DNA of 39,776 bases from IMG/VR virus record IMGVR_UViG_3300010214_000040, positions 1-39,776 of that record. One strand, given 5' to 3'. Under the pieces are notes generated by a model. That model did not search any database, had not been told where the DNA came from, and saw only the letters and a list, made by a program, of their open reading frames with translations. Positions within the stretch are counted from its first letter, which is position 1. Each line of letters opens with the position of its first letter. This stretch comes from a virus (lineage: Duplodnaviria > Caudoviricetes). Of the stretch, positions 1 through 7,554 are shown piece by piece. A program made the translations under genes and the position numbers.

Positions 1-471
1 TCATCCCAGGCCCACCTCGCACAACTGCCGCTCTGCCGCGCGGCGCTTGACCAGGCCGGGCAGCTCCTTGCCGCTGGCATAGATCCAGCGGCTCAGCTCG
101 GCGCAAGCGCCGTCGAAGTCGCCCGCATTGGCCTTGCGAACCAGGGTACTGCGGCAGAAGGCGTCATCCCCCACATTGAAGGCGAAGCTTAGGAATGCCG
201 CCCGCTGCCCGTCCGTCAGCGGCGCACGCACGCAGCTCAGCGCGTCGGCATGCTTGGCCAAGTCCTTGTAGAGCATTTCCTCGCACTGCTGGCGGGTGTA
301 GGTCTGACCCATCTTGAGCTCTGGGCCGGTGTGGCCCGTGCAGGCCGTAATGATGCCCACCGGGTCGCGGTAGCTGCGCAGCACCGTGCCCTCGTACTTT
401 TGCACCAGGGGCACGGCCAGGACGACGGCAGCGCCGCCAATGGTGGCAATGAGTTTTTCTTTCCAGTTCAT
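1..471 (-). CDS. Endolysin, GH24 lysozyme, probably SAR-type
   Basis: E-x8-D-x5-T catalytic triad (YEG...YRDPVGIITACTGHT), AFNVG and GLVKRRAAER motifs, and a weakly hydrophobic Gly/Ala-rich N-terminus. Confidence 0.92.
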   Translation of the reverse strand: MNWKEKLIATIGGAAVVLAVPLVQKYEGTVLRSYRDPVGIITACTGHTGPELKMGQTYTRQQCEEMLYKDLAKHADALSCVRAPLTDGQRAAFLSFAFNVGDDAFCRSTLVRKANAGDFDGACAELSRWIYASGKELPGLVKRRAAERQLCEVGLG

Positions 472-764
472 CGGCTCATCACTCCTTTGATTGCAGCCCA
501 GAAGCTCACACAGGCCCCACCCAGCATGACGATGGCAGCCAGCGGTTTAGCGACTTTGGCCACCCAGTTCAGCACCTTGAAAGCGCCTTTCATGGCGGTA
601 AAGAACTCCAGCATTTCCGCCAGTTGCTGTTTGAGCTCCTGCAGCTCCTGGGCCACCGCCTTCAAATCTCGCTCTATGGCAGCCATGCGCTCACTCCCCT
701 TGTCAAAGCGTTCATTCATCTGCCGGCGTGTCACCGCCGGCAGCTCGTCTCCGTAATCGTCCAT
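468..764 (-). CDS. Putative holin / membrane protein (coiled coil plus C-terminal TM)
   Basis: ATG at 764 preceded by a GGGAGG RBS. C-terminal hydrophobic helix. Overlaps the endolysin start. Confidence 0.55.
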   Translation of the reverse strand: MDDYGDELPAVTRRQMNERFDKGSERMAAIERDLKAVAQELQELKQQLAEMLEFFTAMKGAFKVLNWVAKVAKPLAAIVMLGGACVSFWAAIKGVMSR

Positions 765-799
765 AGCCCTCCCCAGGTACAAATGGTTTTGGAAAACTG

Positions 800-1219
800 T
801 CAAAGAGTTGCAGCCAATCTGAAGAGGTCGTCCAGTGACTCGGGCGGTCTGCCGAGCTGGCGCCAGATCTCCTGCAAGAACGGGTTGGCGCGCTCCCAGG
901 TCGACGCCTCGTACTCGATCAGGGCAGCTTCACGCTCGTCCTCATCGGCGATGCCCTCGATCAGCGCCTCGATGGCTGCGCGCTTGATGCCCAGAGACAG
1001 CAGCGCAAGCAGACCTTGCCTGCGGGTGCAGATCTCTGGCGCCGGCGGCAGGTAGGGCTTGGCCTCGACCAGCTCCCATGCACCATCGCGCCAGAAGCAG
1101 CCATGTGTTTGGCGGTTGTAGTCGGGTGCCTTGCTGTCCGCTGCCCCCATCCAGTCGGCGGGCGGCGTATCGGCGGGCACATGTTCCAGGGTGTGCAAGC
1201 TGTATTTGTTGTCATCCAT
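800..1219 (-). CDS. Tail-fibre-associated protein (possible assembly chaperone)
   Basis: Lies directly downstream of the tail fibre and ends in LDDLFRLAATL, an ending typical of such genes. Confidence 0.55.
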   Translation of the reverse strand: MDDNKYSLHTLEHVPADTPPADWMGAADSKAPDYNRQTHGCFWRDGAWELVEAKPYLPPAPEICTRRQGLLALLSLGIKRAAIEALIEGIADEDEREAALIEYEASTWERANPFLQEIWRQLGRPPESLDDLFRLAATL

Positions 1220-1228
1220 GCTGGTGCC

Positions 1229-2728
1229 TCACAGAAAGTCGCAGGCCGCGCGCAGGCCCACCGTCCAGAAGGTGTGCCAGGCGTTGTGGTTGAAATTGGC
1301 GCAGCGCGAGCCAGACATCGAGCCGTCCGCCCGGGTGCCGCCAAACAGCACCGCATAGGGCACCCCCAGCGTGTAGCCCCGGTTCACGCCGGCGGACCAA
1401 CCGGAGCCCCCAGCCGCATGGGCGGTATTGCCCCAGCTCCAAAGGTGGCCCGTCATCTGCTCCCCGCCCCATTTGCTGGTGTAGCCGGCCTGCCGGGCCG
1501 TGGCCGGGATGGTGGCCTCTGCACCGCCAATCGACTGCAGCTCGGTGACGCCGAAGGCTGCTGCAGAGAACTCCTGATAGCTCAGCAACCGTTTCCCATG
1601 GCTCATGGCCACCTCTGCGGCCTCATGCCAGGTGAATGTCGAATACTTGGAGCTGCCACTGCCGCCAAACATCGAGGGGATGACAGGCAGCACGGTGCCG
1701 CTGGCCACATCGCTGTTGTAGCGAGAGGTGCCCTGGGTGATGTGCTGCGTGCCGCAGTAGTAGATATCCAGCCAGAAACGCTGCCCCACGCAGCACATGC
1801 CGCGCGGGTCGCAGCGGGGGCGATAGCTCAGGTCCCAGAAGCTGTAGGCGTTGATGCCCGCAAGCTTGTCCACATCGGTCTGGGTCCAGATCATCCCCAC
1901 GCCTGCGGTCGCAAAGCTGCCGCCGGCGACCGTGGTCGCAGGGGCCACCAGCCCGTAATGAAAGCCAGCGAACTTGCGCGCCCCCGGGGCGGGTGATGCG
2001 GCAGGCGCCGTGATCGGGTCGACCACCGCCGTCAGCGAGCCATCCTCACCGATCCAGACGCTGTAGTCCTCACCAGCCACCCAGGTAGCCGGGGGCGTCA
2101 CCTCGGTATCCACCGCAAAGGCATGCTCATAGATGGCGCTACCCGCAACCACCGAGAGAGCTTGTGCGCCCGTCTTCTTGAGCACCGGCGTGTGATGCAC
2201 AGGCGGCACGACCACTGCCCCACCACCGCCGCCCCCCCCACCACCTCCGGCTCCCGGCACCCACTTGCCAAGAGCGGCCGAGAAGACCAGCGCTTGGCCA
2301 TCGGCTGGAGAGCTCACCGACACATCAGACAGGGAGGACAGTGACGTCGATGATTCCGCCACGCTGAGCACGCCGGCCGTACCGCAGCGCCAATCTTCCA
2401 CCAGAGAGACAGTCACCGCACCCACATCCAGGCGGTACACCCGTGCATAGGTGCCCGTGTTATTCCAGTTCACCGAGGAACTGGATGCAGACAACACACC
2501 GGTGCTGCGGTTGACCACCAGGTAGTTGATGGCGGAGGCTGTCAGGGCCACAGTGCCCGCAGCCACCGGGAACTCCGACCAGCGGCCGCCCAGATAGCCC
2601 CAGGTCAGGCCCGCCGTGCTGGTGGCATCGCGTCCGTAGACCGCCACATGCCCCACCGCTTCAAAGTTCTCATTCACCGGCACCTGCGGGTCAGCCTGCG
2701 CCGGCAGCCAGGGTTGCAAAACGCTCAT
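1229..2728 (-). CDS. Tail fibre / receptor-binding protein with C-terminal Mtd-like C-type lectin domain
   Basis: N-terminal anchor, LSDVSV...DGQALVF...KWVP linker and poly-Gly. These are followed by FWLDIY, HGKRL..YQEF, TSKWG..QMTGHLWSWG and LFGG...SGSR...GLRAACD, which parallel Bordetella phage BPP-1 Mtd. Confidence 0.85.
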   Translation of the reverse strand: MSVLQPWLPAQADPQVPVNENFEAVGHVAVYGRDATSTAGLTWGYLGGRWSEFPVAAGTVALTASAINYLVVNRSTGVLSASSSSVNWNNTGTYARVYRLDVGAVTVSLVEDWRCGTAGVLSVAESSTSLSSLSDVSVSSPADGQALVFSAALGKWVPGAGGGGGGGGGGAVVVPPVHHTPVLKKTGAQALSVVAGSAIYEHAFAVDTEVTPPATWVAGEDYSVWIGEDGSLTAVVDPITAPAASPAPGARKFAGFHYGLVAPATTVAGGSFATAGVGMIWTQTDVDKLAGINAYSFWDLSYRPRCDPRGMCCVGQRFWLDIYYCGTQHITQGTSRYNSDVASGTVLPVIPSMFGGSGSSKYSTFTWHEAAEVAMSHGKRLLSYQEFSAAAFGVTELQSIGGAEATIPATARQAGYTSKWGGEQMTGHLWSWGNTAHAAGGSGWSAGVNRGYTLGVPYAVLFGGTRADGSMSGSRCANFNHNAWHTFWTVGLRAACDFL

Positions 2729-5652
2729 ACGGTTGTTGCTCCTACGAAAGAGGGATAGCCAGGCCCCACGGTGGCCGAGAGCTGGCAGATTTCAAATTGC
2801 ACGGCTGCACCGCTGGCCAGACCGTCTGCGGCCTGCATGTCTCCCGTGTAGCGGTACAAGGTTTCGTTGACCACGTCCGAGCGCAGCAGCGTGCTTCCGG
2901 CGAAGACGCGCACGCGGTAGGCCTGCACCGCCTCACCCAGCGGCACCACCGGCGCAGGGCCGCTGTACTGGTAGCTGCGCCTGGTGCGGCGCTGCCAGCT
3001 CACGGCCAGATCCAGGCCATCGGGCAGCGCCCGAGGATTGGCCGGGCTGAACGGCTTGAGCGCCACACCGGTATCGGTGAAGTCCTTGGCAGTGCCGGCG
3101 GACAGGAACTGCCCCAGGGTTACGGCCTTGATCTGACGCTGCAGCCCGATCTCGTTGGTCTGCGATCCGAGGCGGCGCAGGCTGTTGCCCAGCAGCACGC
3201 AGCGCTCGCCGGCCGCATGCCCGCCCATGGCCCACTCCGTGCCACGTTGTCCGCGCAGCAGGCCGCTGAGCAGATACGTGCCTGCTGACAACAGGGCCGC
3301 AGACCTGAAGCGCAGGATCTCGCTGCCCAGCAGCAAGGAATTGATGGACTCATCGAGCAGCATGGCGGCCCGTGTGCTGGAGGCCAGCTCCCCCGAGACC
3401 TGCACCGTGACCGTGCTTGACTCATCGAACACCGGGCCGCCCTGCCAGGCCGGCAGCGCCGTGGTGGCCGTGCCCATCACACACTGCGCCGTGGTCGTGA
3501 GCAGCTGCACGTAATTGACCTCATCCCAGGCCTGTGCCACCGCTGCCCCCGGCCATGTGTCGGTGTCGGCCACCCGCTGGGGAGCCACCGCCATGTAGTA
3601 GCCAGGCGCATCGTCGGCATCGCGCAGGATGGGGATGTCCAGGGCCTCGAACAGCGTGGCTGCGGGCTGGATCACGGTATCCGTGTTCACATAGCCCGTG
3701 TCCGTGACCGCCGCACTCTCGATGGCCCCCACATCATCGAGCACACATTGCAGCTCGATGATGGGCATCGCATCGGTCTTGCTCTGCACACGCAGGCGAT
3801 AGCTGCGGCCATCGCTGTTGAAGGCGCTGACCACGTCGCCCGGCTCCAGGTACGAATACTTGAGCGGCAGCTTGAGCGTGGCCGTGGCCAGGCTGGCTAC
3901 GCGGTCCATCAGTAGGCCATCCACGATAGCCTTGGCTTCGGCAGGCAAGAGACCCAGCGGGGTTTGAATCGTCTCGGTGCTTTGCTGGCCCGACAACAGG
4001 CGGTCAGAGAACTCCGTCGCCGTCTGGTAGTCGCCCGCCACATTGGCATAGCTCAAGGCCAGTTGCGCGGGCAGCTCCAGGTCGTTGCCCAGCGTCAGCG
4101 CCAGGGGCTCCTCGTCGCCACCGCTGCCCGTTCCCATGCCCAGGTCGACGAACGGAATCAAGGCGACCGGCTCCTTGGATCTGGCGCGCACGGAGATCTG
4201 CTCGCATGCACTCACCTCCAGGAAGAACCCCTGGGCCAAGGCCTCCAGGGCCGACCTCGTGTTCGACACGCTGCCGATGGCGAGCGCGCGCACCAGCGCG
4301 GTATAGATGGATTCATCCACCACATAGTCCGCGTCGGCATAGCCGCTTCTCTTCATCAGCGCATCAATGACCGCACCGAGCTGGGCGACGTTCTGGAATC
4401 CACCGGAATCGGTGATTCGCTGGAACCGCACATAGGCGTAAGGGTCCTCAATAGGCCCGCTGTAGGAGCTCCTTGCAAAGACGCCGACAGCTCTCACCGA
4501 AACGATAGACAGGGCATCGCATGCAAAGGAAAAGTCGTCATTCGAGTAAACATCAATCGCCAGCGTGTCGCGTTTGAACTTAAGCTCGCCTTCTTCAAAC
4601 GTCACAAAGCCATTGGTGCAATGGGGCGGCGAGCCGATGAAGGTGCCGCGCGTCAGGCTTGCGTAGCTGCTCCCATAGAACAGGTAATGGCTGAATGCCT
4701 CGCTACTCGTTCGGCCGTCAGTCCGGATGATGGCCACGATCTGGCCCGCTGAATTCAGGAATTCAAGACTGAACTGGCAATCGTCTCCAGCCCAGAAGGC
4801 ATTGAGCGCGGAGAGCCTATACGTCGCACCCACATCGATCCTCATTGGTGCAAGACTCGAAACGCTACCGGCTTCACCGGCGCCTTGCTCGGTGGTGTAG
4901 CGGACGAAATCCATGGCACCCACTGCATGAAACTCCGAGAAAAAGGAGTCCCAAGTCGGCTGCCCCGTGGCCAGAGGGTCCCACTCAATGAAGGCATTGG
5001 TATCGGCCCGGGTCGCCATGACCGACACCAGCACGCTTTTGCGATCACTGCCGCCCACGCCGATCTCAAACGTCAGATTGGGGATGTTGCCGCTGTTGCC
5101 CAGCTGCAGACCCTGAATCAGCACCGTGCCCATGCCGCGATAGGCCGGCGCATTGCCAACACCCACAGCCGCTTCATAGGTCGGATCTGGAAGTTGATCG
5201 GCTGCGCCGCTGTACACCCGCAAGTCCACCCACTGACCAGACTTTGAAACGCCGTCTGCAAGCACCAATTCGCCGTTGAGCCATGCCCGTGAAATTCTTT
5301 CGATCTCGTTCTCGCTGAGCAGAATCAGCAGGTCGACGTCATAGGTGTAGCTGGTATAGCTAGGGCCGCCGCCCTTGCCCTGCTCTTCCTCGGTGGCCGT
5401 CTCCCGCCGTTCGCTGGCCCAGATGATCTGACCGGCCACGCGCGGGCTGCCTGCAATCCAGGGAATAGGAGATCCGTAATCTGTGCCCGTGACCTTGAGG
5501 TCATTGAGCCGGGGCCCATAGGACTTCTGACCGGGGGCCATCAGCGAATAGGCTAGGCTGCCCAGCATGAAGCCGGTGCCCGTCGTGGTCAGACCCAGAC
5601 CCACCGGCCCCAGAGCCAGGGCGCCTACGGCCGCAATTGCTAGCTGTGCCAT
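2725..5652 (-). CDS. Tail tip / host-specificity protein (GTA-like central tail protein)
   Basis: 975 aa, with GPRLNDL...YGSPIP, PDP...PAYRG and LLRGQRGTE motifs. Follows the NlpC/P60 gene. Confidence 0.85.
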   Translation of the reverse strand: MAQLAIAAVGALALGPVGLGLTTTGTGFMLGSLAYSLMAPGQKSYGPRLNDLKVTGTDYGSPIPWIAGSPRVAGQIIWASERRETATEEEQGKGGGPSYTSYTYDVDLLILLSENEIERISRAWLNGELVLADGVSKSGQWVDLRVYSGAADQLPDPTYEAAVGVGNAPAYRGMGTVLIQGLQLGNSGNIPNLTFEIGVGGSDRKSVLVSVMATRADTNAFIEWDPLATGQPTWDSFFSEFHAVGAMDFVRYTTEQGAGEAGSVSSLAPMRIDVGATYRLSALNAFWAGDDCQFSLEFLNSAGQIVAIIRTDGRTSSEAFSHYLFYGSSYASLTRGTFIGSPPHCTNGFVTFEEGELKFKRDTLAIDVYSNDDFSFACDALSIVSVRAVGVFARSSYSGPIEDPYAYVRFQRITDSGGFQNVAQLGAVIDALMKRSGYADADYVVDESIYTALVRALAIGSVSNTRSALEALAQGFFLEVSACEQISVRARSKEPVALIPFVDLGMGTGSGGDEEPLALTLGNDLELPAQLALSYANVAGDYQTATEFSDRLLSGQQSTETIQTPLGLLPAEAKAIVDGLLMDRVASLATATLKLPLKYSYLEPGDVVSAFNSDGRSYRLRVQSKTDAMPIIELQCVLDDVGAIESAAVTDTGYVNTDTVIQPAATLFEALDIPILRDADDAPGYYMAVAPQRVADTDTWPGAAVAQAWDEVNYVQLLTTTAQCVMGTATTALPAWQGGPVFDESSTVTVQVSGELASSTRAAMLLDESINSLLLGSEILRFRSAALLSAGTYLLSGLLRGQRGTEWAMGGHAAGERCVLLGNSLRRLGSQTNEIGLQRQIKAVTLGQFLSAGTAKDFTDTGVALKPFSPANPRALPDGLDLAVSWQRRTRRSYQYSGPAPVVPLGEAVQAYRVRVFAGSTLLRSDVVNETLYRYTGDMQAADGLASGAAVQFEICQLSATVGPGYPSFVGATTV

Positions 5653-6074
5653 CAGTCGGTCTCCGGGAAACGAAAAGCCGCCACAAAGCGCATGGCTTTG
5701 GTGAACAGCAAACGGGTTTCCAGCACCCGCCCATGGGCGCCGCTGGCGTGAATGATGGATAGGCCGCCGTGCAAGTAGTCGCCCACGATGCCGACATGCT
5801 GGGGGTGGCTGTCAAAGGCCACCAGCACCACATCGCCGGGTGCCATGTTGGCCTGGGCCACGGGCGTCAGACGCTCGCTCAGGTGGTACACCAGCTGCTT
5901 GCCGTCCGGCACTCGGCCGTAGCCGCCCACATCCCAGTCCACCGGCACGGCGCGGATCTCGCGGGCCACACCAATCACCAGGCCCACACAGTCCACGCCC
6001 ACGCCTTCCAGGCGGGCCTGGTGGTGAAACGGCGTATCCACCCAGCGGCGGGCAATGGCTACGATCTGGCTCAT
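5652..6074 (-). CDS. NlpC/P60-family tail peptidase
   Basis: ARRWVDTPFHHQAR...GVDCVGLV...QHVGI...IIHA motifs. Confidence 0.9.
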   Translation of the reverse strand: MSQIVAIARRWVDTPFHHQARLEGVGVDCVGLVIGVAREIRAVPVDWDVGGYGRVPDGKQLVYHLSERLTPVAQANMAPGDVVLVAFDSHPQHVGIVGDYLHGGLSIIHASGAHGRVLETRLLFTKAMRFVAAFRFPETD

Positions 6075-6949
6075 GGGGTCTTGGTCAGGTCATCCGTGGT
6101 GGGCCGATGAGGCTCGCCCCGGAAATTAAGAACATTGCCGAACTTGTCTCGGCAGTCTTCAAGAAGACGCTTGCGGCAGCCGGCCACGATAGAGAACTGG
6201 TCACCCACCGCCACGGCCATCACCATGGGCAGCACCAGCGTCAGGGCGCCGCCGGCGGCATGGCTGCGCACCTTCTGCGACAGGCCGGCATTGGCGCCGG
6301 TGGTGAAGGTCAGCACCCCCTCACCAAAGTGATCAGCGGGTGCAGACAAACCAGACGCTGTAAAACTGCGCTTGTCCGCCACCGCCGTGACCTCTGCGAA
6401 ATTGGTCCACGGAACCGCGTCAACCCGGCAGCGGCCGTCGCCAAAGCGGTTGCGGCAGGTCTTGGTCGACACCTCGCCCACGCTTTGCTGCAGCAACTGC
6501 TTCAGGCCGCGCAGCTCCACCTTGATCGTGGCCGCGTTCAGCGTCACCTCGCCAAACCAGCCCCGGGTCAGGGTCTCCACGTCGTTGGCAACAGTGGGCG
6601 CAGCCACATCCCAGCGGTAGCGGAAGATCCGAAAGCGGGCATTGCGCCAGACCCCGGCCACCACCTCATCCCGCTGGAACAGCGAGCCATCATCCAGCGT
6701 GGTGAGCTCCAGGTTGTCCACGGCAAAGCCGGAGGTGCTGACCAGATTGCTGGCCGTCAGCCCCTGCTTCGCGTCAAACGCCAGAGCGGCACTGCCCAGC
6801 CCCCAGGGCGTGACATCGAGCACGAACGGCAGGTCATGGCTGGTGAAGCCGTACATCTGCCCATCGGTGCGCTTGATCACGATGGCATGGGCCACGCTGG
6901 TGCCGCCGCTGTCATAGTGGGCCTGCAGGGCTGCGGGGATCTGCTTCAT
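6071..6949 (-). CDS. DUF2163/BR0599-like baseplate hub protein
   Basis: GFTSHD, CRNRFGDGRC and AGCRK...C..KFGNVLNFRGEPH motifs. Start moved to MKQIP, which overlaps the upstream stop. Confidence 0.88.
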   Translation of the reverse strand: MKQIPAALQAHYDSGGTSVAHAIVIKRTDGQMYGFTSHDLPFVLDVTPWGLGSAALAFDAKQGLTASNLVSTSGFAVDNLELTTLDDGSLFQRDEVVAGVWRNARFRIFRYRWDVAAPTVANDVETLTRGWFGEVTLNAATIKVELRGLKQLLQQSVGEVSTKTCRNRFGDGRCRVDAVPWTNFAEVTAVADKRSFTASGLSAPADHFGEGVLTFTTGANAGLSQKVRSHAAGGALTLVLPMVMAVAVGDQFSIVAGCRKRLLEDCRDKFGNVLNFRGEPHRPTTDDLTKTP

Positions 6950-7551
6950 AGGCGAATCTCCTCCAGCTCGATGCCGGACCACTCAGTCCACATTTCCGGG
7001 CCGCCCAGGAATTTCCAGACCGCTGCCGGGTCCTTGAAGGCCACGGGGACATGGAATTCGCCCTGCCAGGCATAGGCATCGCCTGCCACATGCGCATCGA
7101 TGGTGGCCTGACCGGTCGACAGGTCCACCGCAGCCACGGCCTGCGACCACACACCGCCGCGGTTGCGCCAGACGCTCACGCCAGCGACAGGCTTGAAGAT
7201 GGGGCGCACAAAGGTGCGCGAGCCATAGGTATAGAGGCGATTGAGCTGATAAACGTTGCCCGCAATCAGGGTGCAGTTGGTTCGGCTCAGGTCCGCCTCA
7301 TGGTCAGCCGGGTCCTGAAAGCGGAATGCATCGGCATCGCCACCCACCACATAGAAGAAGGAGCGCAGCTGCTCAAACTCCTCACCCTCGCGGGTGGGCT
7401 GGGCAATCGTCCATTCGTGCAGCGGGTACTTCGCCTCGCGGTTGGTGATGCGCTGGCCGGCTGACGAATAGGCCTTGCTGGTGAAAAAGCGCGGCCCACC
7501 TTGCGCGTCACGGCTGATGCCTTCAGGGAAGAGCTCGTCGAAGAATGCCAT
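6946..7551 (-). CDS. DUF2460-like distal tail protein
   Basis: GGPRFFT, FRFQDPAD and GEFHVPVAF motifs. Follows the tape measure gene. Confidence 0.85.
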   Translation of the reverse strand: MAFFDELFPEGISRDAQGGPRFFTSKAYSSAGQRITNREAKYPLHEWTIAQPTREGEEFEQLRSFFYVVGGDADAFRFQDPADHEADLSRTNCTLIAGNVYQLNRLYTYGSRTFVRPIFKPVAGVSVWRNRGGVWSQAVAAVDLSTGQATIDAHVAGDAYAWQGEFHVPVAFKDPAAVWKFLGGPEMWTEWSGIELEEIRL

Positions 7552-7554
7552 GGC

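Noticed and set aside
1229-1330. Tail-fibre 3' end as a fourth VR
   Set aside because: It shares only short words with the TR (TCGCGC, ACAACGCCTGG) at non-colinear spacing and has no homing tract or hairpin.
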